The notes under the pieces were generated by a model that was given only the letters and a program-made list of their open reading frames with translations, had not been told where the DNA came from and did no database searches. DNA of 54,449 nucleotides, from NCBI GenBank assembly GCA_037139695.1, contig JBAXFX010000001.1, forward strand, positions 1 to 54,449, in the 5' to 3' direction. This stretch comes from Candidatus Moraniibacteriota bacterium (lineage in GTDB: Bacteria > Patescibacteriota > Minisyncoccia > Moranbacterales > UBA1568). The position numbers were made by a program, and so were the translations under genes. This document shows positions 30,556 through 39,792 of the stretch, piece by piece. The stretch's first letter is position 1. Each line of letters opens with the position of its first letter.

Positions 30556-31240
30556 TGATTATCCCGTCGAGATATTCCCTGATACGAAGTTGCTCCGCAA
30601 ACGTATTCTCCGCCTCGATGCTCACGTATTCCGGAAGATACTTTACATATTGCTTCACGTACTCATATTCCCGCAGATCGATCATATAATGGCTCCCCAC
30701 GCCGAGACGTTTCCGCTTCGACCGGTTCCGCAGAGATTTCATCGGGGACAGATGACAACATCCGATCGTGGAAACGCCCGACCGGAGATGACGGAGCAGT
30801 TTCAGGAACGCGCCCGGGGAACGAAACAGATTTCGGTAATGATGTTGCGTATCCAGACAGATCCCAGCATACTCGCCGACGATGCCATCGGGAAACGGGT
30901 GAAAATGATTCTCCACGAAAATCTTGTGCCGGTATTTCTCATATACTGGAACCAGACGCGGATGATCGTGAATATTGTACGCCACCGGATGATAAGTCGT
31001 TTCAAGATAAATGAGTTCGTCTTCGCCCATGTCGTCCCGAAGATGGATATGCGGGATACGAAGTCCGTCGATACCCTCGAGTAACGCGTACAGTTCATCA
31101 CGCTCCGACTTCTTCAGGAACGTCGGAAAAAGCGCGATTTCCTTAATCCCGAACCGTTTCATTTCTTCGACCTTGCCCCGCCAATCCGAAGCTGGCGTTG
31201 TCGTCAATCCGAGCAGTATCTTTTTCGGTTTCTGTTCCAT
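30548..31240 (-). CDS. Hypothetical protein (230 aa, His-rich; possibly a TIM-barrel-type metal enzyme)
   Basis: Clean ORF overlapping the NUDIX start. No confidently recognised motif. Confidence 0.55.
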   Translation of the reverse strand: MEQKPKKILLGLTTTPASDWRGKVEEMKRFGIKEIALFPTFLKKSERDELYALLEGIDGLRIPHIHLRDDMGEDELIYLETTYHPVAYNIHDHPRLVPVYEKYRHKIFVENHFHPFPDGIVGEYAGICLDTQHHYRNLFRSPGAFLKLLRHLRSGVSTIGCCHLSPMKSLRNRSKRKRLGVGSHYMIDLREYEYVKQYVKYLPEYVSIEAENTFAEQLRIREYLDGIINA

Positions 31241-31267
31241 CAGCGATCAGATAACAGTTAACTCTCC

Positions 31268-31325
31268 CACCCCTCAGTCTCGAGGACTCGACAGCTCCCC
31301 TCTGGCAGGGGAGCAGGAAGTCGAA
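31268..31325. repeat. Repeat family 3 module (hairpin GCTCCCC-loop-GGGGAGC), intergenic copy
   Basis: Hand alignment to 45028..45085 gives about 45/53 identical. Four of the eight mismatches fall in the hairpin loop while both stem arms are identical. A related module occurs in reverse orientation at 8950..9069. Confidence 0.8.
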
Positions 31326-31335
31326 GATACCAGAG

Positions 31336-31529
31336 TCTTAGTATCTATCTCAAATCTCAACGCCTATATAAGGCAAAAAATCCGCTTGCCGGCTGAAATC
31401 CGAAAATTTCGGCTGCAAACCATTCAAAAATCGTCAGGTTACAATAGTAGCCCTCCTCATTTTTCATTGTTTTCGCGCGAAATTTTCGGATTTGCAGCTC
31501 GACATGAGATTTGAGATAGATACTTAGAG
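31336..31529. repeat. Repeat family 2: long imperfect palindromic element (about 190 nt)
   Basis: Left arm 'tcttagtatctatctcaaatctca' (31336..31359) plus 'gctgaaatccgaaaatttcg' (31392..31411) is the reverse complement of right arm 31478..31529. The right arm recurs at 17..68. Confidence 0.8.
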
Positions 31530-31546
31530 TATTTTCTTTTCTTTTT

Positions 31547-32575
31547 TCACTTTACACTTTTCGCTTCCTTTTCTTTCCCATACTGCTTCCCATAATATTC
31601 CCTGTACGCCCCGCTCTTCACGTCTTTCCACCACTCCTCATGCGTCTTGAACCATTCGACCGTCTGCCGGAGCCCCTCGTCGAGCGTGACGGACGGCTCC
31701 CAGCCGAGTTCGTTCCTGATTTTCGAGAAATCGATCGCATACCGACGGTCGTGTCCGGGCCGATCCTTCACGTATTCGATCTTCTCTTCACCGAAGCCAA
31801 GAATGTCGAGCAATGTCCGCACGATGGCGAGATTCTCCCTCTCACCGTTCCCGCCGACGCAATAGGTTTCCCCGATCCGTCCCGTACGGAGCACGAGATC
31901 TATCGCCCGGCAATGATCCTCCACATGGAGCCAGTCGCGGACCTGTTTTCCATCACCGTATACCGGCACGTTCTTCCCTTCCAACAGGTTCGTGATCGCT
32001 AGCGGGATGAGTTTTTCCGGGAAGTGATAGGGGCCGTAATTGTTCGAACAGTTGGAAATCGTCACCGGCAGACCGTAGGTATGGAAGTAGGCGCGAACAA
32101 GATGGTCCGAACCGGCCTTTGACGCGCTGTACGGACTGCGCGGATCGTACGGGGTCACCTCCGAGAACGGCGCATCGTTCGGCCCGAGCGCGCCGAACAC
32201 CTCGTCCGTCGAGACATGATGGAACCGCTTCCCGCGATGGTTTCGCGCCGCGTCCAACAAGACCTGCGTCCCGATCACGTTCGTCCTTACGAATGCCGCC
32301 GGCTCCATGATGGACCGGTCCACGTGCGACTCGGCCACGAAATGGACGGCCGTGTCGCATTCGGCCATGAGTGGCTCCACCGCCTTCGGATCGGCGATAT
32401 CCCCCTTCACGAACCGCAGCCGCGGATTCCTTTCGGCCTCTTTCAGATTTTCCAGATTCCCCGCATACGTGAGGAGATCGAGCACGACCACTGAATCGTT
32501 CGGGTGTTCCCGCAACACGTGATGCACGAAATTCGACCCGATAAACCCCGCCCCGCCGGTGACAAGCAGTTTCAT
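31547..32575 (-). CDS. rfbB: dTDP-glucose 4,6-dehydratase
   Basis: 'MKLLVTGGAGFIGSNFV', 'SPYSASKAGSDHLVRAY' (YxxxK) and 'NCSNNYGPYHFPEKLIP'. Confidence 0.95.
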   Translation of the reverse strand: MKLLVTGGAGFIGSNFVHHVLREHPNDSVVVLDLLTYAGNLENLKEAERNPRLRFVKGDIADPKAVEPLMAECDTAVHFVAESHVDRSIMEPAAFVRTNVIGTQVLLDAARNHRGKRFHHVSTDEVFGALGPNDAPFSEVTPYDPRSPYSASKAGSDHLVRAYFHTYGLPVTISNCSNNYGPYHFPEKLIPLAITNLLEGKNVPVYGDGKQVRDWLHVEDHCRAIDLVLRTGRIGETYCVGGNGERENLAIVRTLLDILGFGEEKIEYVKDRPGHDRRYAIDFSKIRNELGWEPSVTLDEGLRQTVEWFKTHEEWWKDVKSGAYREYYGKQYGKEKEAKSVK

Positions 32576-32631
32576 AGTAATTTCCTCTTTACGATTCTAT
32601 ATCCATTATTCCTCAGCAATTTCGTCGTTTC

Positions 32632-33606
32632 TTACAATATACCATCAATATTAAACTCACCATGAAGCTCCGCTTCAGTTCCATTAAAGCATATTCCGCC
32701 AGAAAATGAATCTGTAACCCACATTTCCCTGAAATAAAAAGGTAATTTTGACTCTAAACAAATGATCCTCCTTGCTGCCCACTTCGCAACGAGCACTTGT
32801 TTCAAAATTAGAAATTCTTGATCGACACCAGTAATTTTTCCATTCTTTCCAATATGTCCAATAAAATTATTTCTTACTATATAGACGCGCTCGACGATTT
32901 TTTCAAAATTTTCGTCAGAATATCCTTTCTCAATTATTTTCTTTTTTGCTTTACTTGATTTTTCGGATTCTAACAATAATTCTATGACGAGATAAAATTG
33001 CATAAATGCCGATTCCATCAGGCCGTATTCCGCATCTTCCATCGCAAGTAATTTCATTCCGATACTGTAATATCTTATCGCGAGCAAGACTAATGGATTT
33101 GCAATTTTATTTTCGAAATTTGTAATCAATTGAGTTGTGGCACTTCTTTCCTCGATTTCAAATGAAACGCATCTCCTGACCGGAATCCTATTTGCTGACA
33201 TCAAAGGCACTGTCAATCCTGCCCCAAAATCAGCCACGTATAAAATTTCCTGATATGAGAAGTTTACATCCAACGCAAACGACAGTTCATCTATTGCCTC
33301 GATTAATTCATGAATATCATATACTTTCAATTCCTTGGATCTTGAAAAATCTTTAGAATAAATAAGCCTGCTCGAAAGTTCTGATTCGAACCATCTCATT
33401 CCAAAAATGAAAGGATATAATATCGATTTACTTTCTATTGTACCTTGGCGATGCTTCTCATTCAGGTATTCAATTGTCTGCGGAACCATGATTGATTTTG
33501 CGACCGGCACAACGAAAGCACCTCGAATTTCATTTATCGATTCTAACTGATTTGAATACCAAATATTCCATGTTCGAGAAAATCTATCAGACATAAATTT
33601 CAGCAT
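32632..33606 (-). CDS. Hypothetical protein (324 aa), AT-rich orphan; weak HEPN-like R-x5-H motif
   Basis: About 32% GC in one hand-counted line, versus GC-rich rfbB/rfbC flanks. The predicted helical C-terminal half contains 'VYIVRNNFIGHIG' (R-x5-H). Confidence 0.55.
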   Translation of the reverse strand: MLKFMSDRFSRTWNIWYSNQLESINEIRGAFVVPVAKSIMVPQTIEYLNEKHRQGTIESKSILYPFIFGMRWFESELSSRLIYSKDFSRSKELKVYDIHELIEAIDELSFALDVNFSYQEILYVADFGAGLTVPLMSANRIPVRRCVSFEIEERSATTQLITNFENKIANPLVLLAIRYYSIGMKLLAMEDAEYGLMESAFMQFYLVIELLLESEKSSKAKKKIIEKGYSDENFEKIVERVYIVRNNFIGHIGKNGKITGVDQEFLILKQVLVAKWAARRIICLESKLPFYFREMWVTDSFSGGICFNGTEAELHGEFNIDGIL

Positions 33607-33743
33607 TCATCTTAAACAATGCTTCTGCAATTGCGATCCAAGACGAGTTACCAAAGAGAATTCATGGAGACACTAAGTACCAAAATGACGTTCATTATCA
33701 CCCACCATGATATACCAACCTTGAGCAAAATGTCTGTGCAAGA

Positions 33744-34319
33744 CTACACCAAAAATTTCAACTCATCCCACCGCGTCGGGTCGGATTGCAAGGATGTGAG
33801 CGTTGGGTGATGTTGATCTTTCTCGGAAACGGTCAATCCTTCGTGAAGCGGCCAGTCGATGCCGAGCGCCGGATCGTCCCAGAAGATGCCGCGATCATGT
33901 TCCTTCGAGTAGACATTCGTACACTTGTACGAGAAAATCGTATCCGGTTTCGTGGTGAGCATGGCGTGTGCGAAGCCTTCGGGAATATAGAACTGCCGAT
34001 GATTCTCCTCTGAAAGCGTCACCGCGACATGTTTCCCGAAGGTCGGCGAATCGCGACGGATATCCACCGCCACGTCAAACACTTCTCCCGCGATGACGGC
34101 GACGAGTTTCCCCTGCGTGTATGGGATCGTCTGATAGTGGAGTCCACGCAAGGTGCCCGCCGGTTTGGAGAACGAGATATTGTCCTGCACGAAATCGGGC
34201 AGGCCGAGATCGCGATACCGCTCCAAACGATAGGTCTCCTCGAAATAGCCTCGCTCATCCCCGAACACGTCGGGCTCGATGATGATGACTCCCGGGATAT
34301 CGGTCTCGATTATATTCAT
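33744..34319 (-). CDS. rfbC: dTDP-4-dehydrorhamnose 3,5-epimerase
   Basis: 'FGDERGYFEETY', 'QDNISFSKPAGTLRGLHYQ', 'KLVAVIAGEVFDVAVDIR' and 'IPEGFAHAM'. Confidence 0.95.
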   Translation of the reverse strand: MNIIETDIPGVIIIEPDVFGDERGYFEETYRLERYRDLGLPDFVQDNISFSKPAGTLRGLHYQTIPYTQGKLVAVIAGEVFDVAVDIRRDSPTFGKHVAVTLSEENHRQFYIPEGFAHAMLTTKPDTIFSYKCTNVYSKEHDRGIFWDDPALGIDWPLHEGLTVSEKDQHHPTLTSLQSDPTRWDELKFLV

Positions 34320-34379
34320 ATATCATCGGCATTCGACTTATCGTTCCCTGTCACTATACCAAGAAAGCCGACCATGGGC

Positions 34380-34418
34380 CAGAAAAAACGAAAATCGGCC
34401 CGTATGCTCGAGCCGATT
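34380..34418 (-). terminator. Rho-independent terminator downstream of the KH-domain gene
   Basis: 7-bp stem aatcggc/gccgatt (34393..34418), followed on the minus strand by 'ttttcgttttttc'. Confidence 0.6.
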
Positions 34419-34455
34419 CTCCGTTATCCGATCGCCGTTGACCGCTATCTGCCGT

Positions 34456-34863
34456 TTACAGCCTGATATCGTTCATCACGTCGTCGAGCGTGCGCTTCGC
34501 CGCCTCGGGCTTCGGGGCCTCGTGCGCGATCGGCGCGACCTCGTCGACCGAAACCTCCGTCTCCGGAGCCTCGGCCGCCGGCTCCTCGCGACGGTGTCCG
34601 CGGATCGAACCTTCCGGCTCGTTGATTTTGAGATTCACACGGGCGTTATTCTTGGCACCGATCACGCGCAGGAGCGTTCGCAACGACTTCGCCGTCATGC
34701 CCTCGCGACCGATCACCATACCCATATCCTCGGGATGCACGTCGAGCGTGATAAGTACGCCCATCTCATCCACCTTGCGCGATACCTTCACCTCCTCCGG
34801 ATGATCCACGAGCGCCTTCACGACATACTCGATAAACTCCTGGTCCTTATTGCTTTCCGTCAT
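34456..34863 (-). CDS. KH-domain RNA-binding protein (KhpA/UPF0109-like) with a C-terminal low-complexity tail of about 55 aa
   Basis: 'IEYVVKALVDHPEEVKV...LITLDVHPEDMGMVIGREGMTAKSLRTLL' includes the GxxG-type KH loop 'IGREG'. Confidence 0.8.
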   Translation of the reverse strand: MTESNKDQEFIEYVVKALVDHPEEVKVSRKVDEMGVLITLDVHPEDMGMVIGREGMTAKSLRTLLRVIGAKNNARVNLKINEPEGSIRGHRREEPAAEAPETEVSVDEVAPIAHEAPKPEAAKRTLDDVMNDIRL

Positions 34864-34949
34864 ACTCGTTCCTTTTACGCGGGATTACAAAACCAAATCC
34901 GTCCCGATTCAAGTATACCTATCCGCCCCGATAACTGTCAACGCGAGCG

Positions 34950-36287
34950 TCAATCATCCGTTCCCCACTCCGCAGGCGGAGTAAACGGCTTGGCGCGCCA
35001 CGTGGCGGACTGCCGGCAAAGCAGCATCCCGGCGTCTTCCGGATTCCGCAGGAGTGCTTCCGAAATTTTCTCCATCCGGAGGCCTTGCGACCCCTTGACC
35101 AAGACGAGGTCCCCCTCGCGAAGCAGGTCTTTCACGACTGCGGCAACCGAGTCCGAATCCGGAAACAACAGCACATTCCCGCGCGACATCCCTCGTGCAA
35201 GCAGTTCTTCGCCGAGCGAACGCATGTGACGACCGACGAGAATAGCGAGTTCTACCTCTGCCGAAAAGATACCATCCGCAAGACCGCGATGTTCCTCCTC
35301 GGAAATCGCCCCCAGCTCGAGCATATCGCCGAGCGCGACAATTTTCCGACGCGCGGGAATTTCGGCAAGCGTCGAGAGTGCCGCAGAAACCGAGGCTGGC
35401 GAGGCATTGTACGTATCGTCAAGAAGCCCGATACCGTCATGACCGGAAAGGAATCGGAGCCGACCGGGAAGTGGCGCGAACGCCTCGAGACACTTCGCGA
35501 TGTCGACCAGGTTCATGCCGACCGCGATACCGACCGCGGCACCGGCAAGCGCGTCGGAAATATGATGCCGTGCGATCACGCCCGGCAACCGGACCGGAAT
35601 CGATTTCCCGGCATAGTTCAGCTTGAAACTCGAACCGATGCCACCGTCCGTATCCTGCAGCGTAACATTGTCCGCGCGAACCGTAGCGCTAGGCGAAAAT
35701 CCATACGACAAGATGACGGCCTTCGTTTTCTTTCCCATCCCGAGCACGCGATCATCGTCCGCATTGAGAATCGCGAATCCGTCCGCGGGAAGCGAAGCGA
35801 TCAACCGCCCTTTTTCCTTGGCGATGTTGGCAATGGATCCGAAGTACTCGAGATGACTCTCCCCGACGACCGTCGCCACACCAATCTTCACCAGAGCGAT
35901 CGAAAGGAGTGCCTCCATGTCTCCGGGGCGGTCGATCCCCAACTCGAGCACCAATGCCTCGGGATAGCGTGTCGGCAGCACAACGAGGTATAAAAATTTC
36001 ACGATGGCGGACAAGAGTCTGGTCGCCGCGCTCCCACCAGCCCCGATTCCAAGGATGGTAAGTGGCACACCGATCTCATTGTTGTAATTCCCTTCACTCT
36101 TCCGGGTCCGCATCGAACCGGAGAGCACGAACGCCACCGCCTCCTTGGCGGAACTCTTGCCGACCGATCCGGTCACGCCGATAACCAGAGGCTTGTATTT
36201 CCGAAGTGCCACACGCGCCATAAAACCAAGCAACCTCTCGGCTACCAACAATTTCATGCTTTTCCCATCGTTTCGGTTCATAGGCAT
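34950..36287 (-). CDS. murF: UDP-N-acetylmuramoyl-tripeptide--D-alanyl-D-alanine ligase
   Basis: P-loop 'VIGVTGSVGKSSAKE', 'LELGIDRPGDM' and 'DDTYNASPASV'. The true start may be M11 (36257). Confidence 0.9.
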   Translation of the reverse strand: MPMNRNDGKSMKLLVAERLLGFMARVALRKYKPLVIGVTGSVGKSSAKEAVAFVLSGSMRTRKSEGNYNNEIGVPLTILGIGAGGSAATRLLSAIVKFLYLVVLPTRYPEALVLELGIDRPGDMEALLSIALVKIGVATVVGESHLEYFGSIANIAKEKGRLIASLPADGFAILNADDDRVLGMGKKTKAVILSYGFSPSATVRADNVTLQDTDGGIGSSFKLNYAGKSIPVRLPGVIARHHISDALAGAAVGIAVGMNLVDIAKCLEAFAPLPGRLRFLSGHDGIGLLDDTYNASPASVSAALSTLAEIPARRKIVALGDMLELGAISEEEHRGLADGIFSAEVELAILVGRHMRSLGEELLARGMSRGNVLLFPDSDSVAAVVKDLLREGDLVLVKGSQGLRMEKISEALLRNPEDAGMLLCRQSATWRAKPFTPPAEWGTDD

Positions 36288-36450
36288 TCGGACAGTATAC
36301 CCTGTTTTTCGATCGAAATCGACTATCTCACTCTTTTATACCTTATATAAAGCAATAAAATTTCGTGAAATTCATTTCAGCCGGTTTCTGTGGGCGGGCA
36401 CAAGGACCCGCCACTACGCTGGGAAATATTGATTGTTCTCTGCCTTTTAT

Positions 36451-36486
36451 TCCCTGCTCCCTGTTGATTGTTGACTGCTGACCGTC
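36451..36486. repeat. Degenerate heptamer-periodic tract immediately 3' of ftsI
   Basis: 'tccctgc|tccctgt|tgattgt|tgactgc|tgaccgt' has 7-nt periodicity. Confidence 0.4.
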
Positions 36487-38328
36487 CTACTTCTCCCCCG
36501 GAATCGGTTCCGTAGGAGAAACCTTCGCATAGGCGAGCAGGAATTTCATCATCTCCCCGAACATCGGTGCCGCACTGGATTCCGCCCATTCCACATTCTT
36601 CGGATTATCCACCTTGGTCAGCATGACAAACTTCGGATCACCGACTGGAGCATACCCGACGAAGGAACCGATGGACAGTCCGTCCTGATATCCTCCGCCA
36701 CCCTGTTTCGCGACCTGCGCCGTCCCCGTCTTGCCACCGACCCGGTATCCGGGCACGGCCGCATGTTTCCCGTGTCCACGCAAGACGACGTCCTCAAGCA
36801 TCCGTCCCATCTTTGTCGCCGTATCCTCGCTGACAACCCGTCGAATCTCTTCCGGTAGCACGACCTGTTCGTGCCCGTCCTCATATACGTACTTTTTCAC
36901 GATCTGCGGCTTCATGAGAATGCCTTTGTTTGCCATGGCCTCGTACGCGGCGATCAGCTGGATCGGCGTCGCCGTGATTCCCTGACCGAACGAGGCGGTA
37001 TAGAACTGGATGTCACGCTTCGGATTGACCAGGTTCCTTAAATCGCCGGAAAGCTCGGCCGGCAGGTCGATATCCGTCTTCGAACCGAATCCGAACTGAG
37101 ACAACCGTTCCGCGAACCGGGCATTCCCGACCAGGTTCTCCACATGGATAGCCCCCGTGTTGATGGAATTATCGAGCACCCCGTACATATCGGTCTTCCC
37201 GTATGACTTCTGCTCGGCATTGTGCAACACATACCCCGCGACACTCACAGACCCCGGATCGACGAATGCCGTCTCCGGCGCGACTTTCCCCTCATCAATA
37301 CCGATTGCCATCGTGATCGGCTTCATCGTCGACCCCGGCTCATAGTTCATGCTCACCGTCGGATTCATGAAACGCGAGTAATCGTTCTCCTTGGCATAAT
37401 CGTTCGGATCGAAACCCGGATTCGATGCCATCGCCAGAATCCGACCGGTCGCGGCTTCCATAACGACGATGCTCCCCCCGTCACCGGCATATTTTTGCAC
37501 CGAATCCTGCAAAACGTTTTCCGCCTCGTGCTGGATGACCTGATCGATGGTCAGGACGATATCCGGCCCCTTCGTCGCCGGCACCATGACCCGGTCGTCC
37601 GTCGAGATCCACCGGCCCGCCGCGTCACGCATCTGATCGACCTGTCCCGGTTTTCCCTGAAGTTCCTTATTAAGCCATGACTCGAGTCCGTATCGTCCCA
37701 CGTCACCTTGCCCCGGATCCCCGGGACTTGTGAACCCGATGACCTGCGCGGCCAGGTTTCCACCCGGATAGTATCGGTCCTTCTCCTTCTCCAGATATAC
37801 GCCCGGCAATCCGAGCTGCGTCACTTTGGCCGCCTCGTCGTCGGACAGTTTATGTTTGATCGGTGCGAACTGATTGTCGAGGTTCTGACACTTGGCCCGG
37901 ATCTCATCCGCAGGAACCCCGATAATCCCGGAAAGCGACGCGGCCGTCGAGGGTACGTTCGTCACTTCGCGTGGCACGAGATAGAGCAGTGGAAACTCCT
38001 GGTTCACGGCCGCCGGATAGACCGAGTCTCCCTCACTGAAATAAATCTCACCGCGATCGGGAACCAGCGTCGTAGAGACGGACTGCTGATTTTCGGCGAC
38101 CGCCTTCCATTTTTCCGCATCGACCACCTGCAACAGTACCAGCCGGGCCGTGACGGATATACCGATAAAAAATACGAAAAAGAGAAGGGCTCTCACCCTT
38201 CCTGATACCGGTATCCCCCGTTTTATCCGTTGACCGGCCGATGCCGGAACGGAACTGTTTTTTTTCACGGTCATACGCGAACGGATAGCTTCCGGCCAAA
38301 CGAACCGGCACGCCGGAACACCTCTCAA
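36487..38328 (-). CDS. ftsI: Penicillin-binding protein 2 / FtsI-type peptidoglycan D,D-transpeptidase
   Basis: N-terminal TM segment and dimerisation domain. Transpeptidase motifs 'GSTMKP' (SxxK), 'SINTG' (SxN) and 'KTGTA' (KTG). The start may be M19 (38274). Confidence 0.9.
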   Translation of the reverse strand: MRGVPACRFVWPEAIRSRMTVKKNSSVPASAGQRIKRGIPVSGRVRALLFFVFFIGISVTARLVLLQVVDAEKWKAVAENQQSVSTTLVPDRGEIYFSEGDSVYPAAVNQEFPLLYLVPREVTNVPSTAASLSGIIGVPADEIRAKCQNLDNQFAPIKHKLSDDEAAKVTQLGLPGVYLEKEKDRYYPGGNLAAQVIGFTSPGDPGQGDVGRYGLESWLNKELQGKPGQVDQMRDAAGRWISTDDRVMVPATKGPDIVLTIDQVIQHEAENVLQDSVQKYAGDGGSIVVMEAATGRILAMASNPGFDPNDYAKENDYSRFMNPTVSMNYEPGSTMKPITMAIGIDEGKVAPETAFVDPGSVSVAGYVLHNAEQKSYGKTDMYGVLDNSINTGAIHVENLVGNARFAERLSQFGFGSKTDIDLPAELSGDLRNLVNPKRDIQFYTASFGQGITATPIQLIAAYEAMANKGILMKPQIVKKYVYEDGHEQVVLPEEIRRVVSEDTATKMGRMLEDVVLRGHGKHAAVPGYRVGGKTGTAQVAKQGGGGYQDGLSIGSFVGYAPVGDPKFVMLTKVDNPKNVEWAESSAAPMFGEMMKFLLAYAKVSPTEPIPGEK

Positions 38329-38792
38329 CGAAGCGCGACGGCGCCACGCCCTCCGACCGTCTTCAGATCCGACACGCTATCCATCGATCGCCCCTTCGCG
38401 GAATCCTCGATGCGGGAAAGAGACATGGCCTGCGCTTCGGAAATCTTCAGTTTCCGATTTTCTTCCTTGAGTTGGGAAATATCGGACTCGACCTTCCGCA
38501 CCTCGTACCCCTGGGTCGCACCCCGATTGAGCGCGTAGACATAGGCGATACTCGAAAGGAAAAAGACGAACAAGGCGACGAGCGCCGCCGGGTGCACCGC
38601 ACCGGAAAAAACGGACGCCTTACGGCACGTATACTGCTGTTCCGACACGCGATAGTCCTTTTTCATATAATTTTTCCCCTGTTTATGTTTGTTTTTTTGA
38701 CCAACTCTTCTCCTAGCCATCCTTCGTTCCCGACCCTGTTCCCGTTCCCGGCTTTCACCCCGTACAGCCTCGAAGACTCGGCCACGGGACAT
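38325..38792 (-). CDS. ftsL: FtsL-like cell-division protein (single TM plus coiled coil), basic N-terminal extension
   Basis: Sits between rsmH and ftsI. TM segment 'AALVALFVFFLSSIAYVY' followed by the coiled segment 'VESDISQLKEENRKLKISEAQ'. The start is uncertain (M1, M25 or M43). Confidence 0.6.
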   Translation of the reverse strand: MSRGRVFEAVRGESREREQGRERRMARRRVGQKNKHKQGKNYMKKDYRVSEQQYTCRKASVFSGAVHPAALVALFVFFLSSIAYVYALNRGATQGYEVRKVESDISQLKEENRKLKISEAQAMSLSRIEDSAKGRSMDSVSDLKTVGGRGAVALR

Positions 38793-38832
38793 GCTTTCGA
38801 CTTTTTACTTTTGACTTTACGACTCTTGACTA
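38793..38832. repeat. Degenerate heptamer-periodic tract between rsmH and ftsL
   Basis: 'tttcgac|tttttac|ttttgac|tttacgac|tcttgac', repeated NNNNGAC units. Confidence 0.4.
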
Positions 38833-39792
38833 TTAGATTTTCTCCACCACCCGAAGCTTTGCGCTCCGTGCCCGTGGATTCTTAGCAATCTCCGTTTCTC
38901 CCGGGATAATGAATTTCGGCGAGAGCGTCCGTACGAGAGGTACCCGTCCGCAGACACATTTCGGAAACTCCGCCGGACATACGCATCCCTTTGCCATCTC
39001 CGCGAACAGTCGTTTCACAAGCGCATCCTCGCCGGAATGAAACGTGATGACCGCCATCCTTCCACTCTTCCGGAGCAGCGTCGCCCCTTCGCGAATGAAC
39101 GTCTCGATCACTGACAGCTCCCCGTTCACCGCTATCCGTATCGCCTGAAAGACCTTTGTCGCCGGATGGATATTCATCTTCCGCCGTTCGACGTCCGAGT
39201 AGCACCCGGCGACCGTTTCCGCAAGCTCCGCGGTCCGAGTGAACGGTTTCTCGTCGCGCCGTTCGACGATCGCCCGTGCGATCTTCCACGCTTTCGGTTC
39301 GTCACCGTACTCGCGGAACAGCTTCGCAAGGGCCTCATCGTCCCAGCCGTTGACGATATCGGTCGCGGTCGTCTCCGTCCGCATGTCGAGCCGCATATCA
39401 AGCGGTCCGTCCGACCGGAAGGAGAACCCGCGTTCCGGATCATCCATCTGGTCCGAAGAGAACCCGAAGTCCGCCAGTATCGCATCCACACCCTCTATTC
39501 CAAGCAACCGGAGCGCTTCCGTCATCCGCGAGAAATTCTCCCCGACCACGACAAGCGACTCCTTCCCCATCGCTTCGCGTAGCAAGGCATCCGATTCCGC
39601 GAACTGTCGGAAACGCCCGATCGCCCTCTCATCGGCGTCGAACGCGACTACCCTCCCACCGGGGAGCACCTGTGAGAGCATTGCCCTCGTATGCCCGCCG
39701 CCCCCGAGCGTCGCATCCACCGCCACGTCACCCTTTTGAAGGTTCAGTATTTCCACAGCCTCTTTCAGGAGTACCGGGATATGCCTCGTCAT
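38833..39792 (-). CDS. rsmH: 16S rRNA (cytosine1402-N4)-methyltransferase RsmH
   Basis: 'HIPVLLKEAVEIL', 'DATLGGGGHT', 'DFGFSSDQMDDPERGFSF' and 'ITFHSGEDALVK'. The start is set at MTRH; the 12-codon upstream extension of the ORF (to 39828) is encoded by the repeat tract. Confidence 0.9.
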   Translation of the reverse strand: MTRHIPVLLKEAVEILNLQKGDVAVDATLGGGGHTRAMLSQVLPGGRVVAFDADERAIGRFRQFAESDALLREAMGKESLVVVGENFSRMTEALRLLGIEGVDAILADFGFSSDQMDDPERGFSFRSDGPLDMRLDMRTETTATDIVNGWDDEALAKLFREYGDEPKAWKIARAIVERRDEKPFTRTAELAETVAGCYSDVERRKMNIHPATKVFQAIRIAVNGELSVIETFIREGATLLRKSGRMAVITFHSGEDALVKRLFAEMAKGCVCPAEFPKCVCGRVPLVRTLSPKFIIPGETEIAKNPRARSAKLRVVEKI

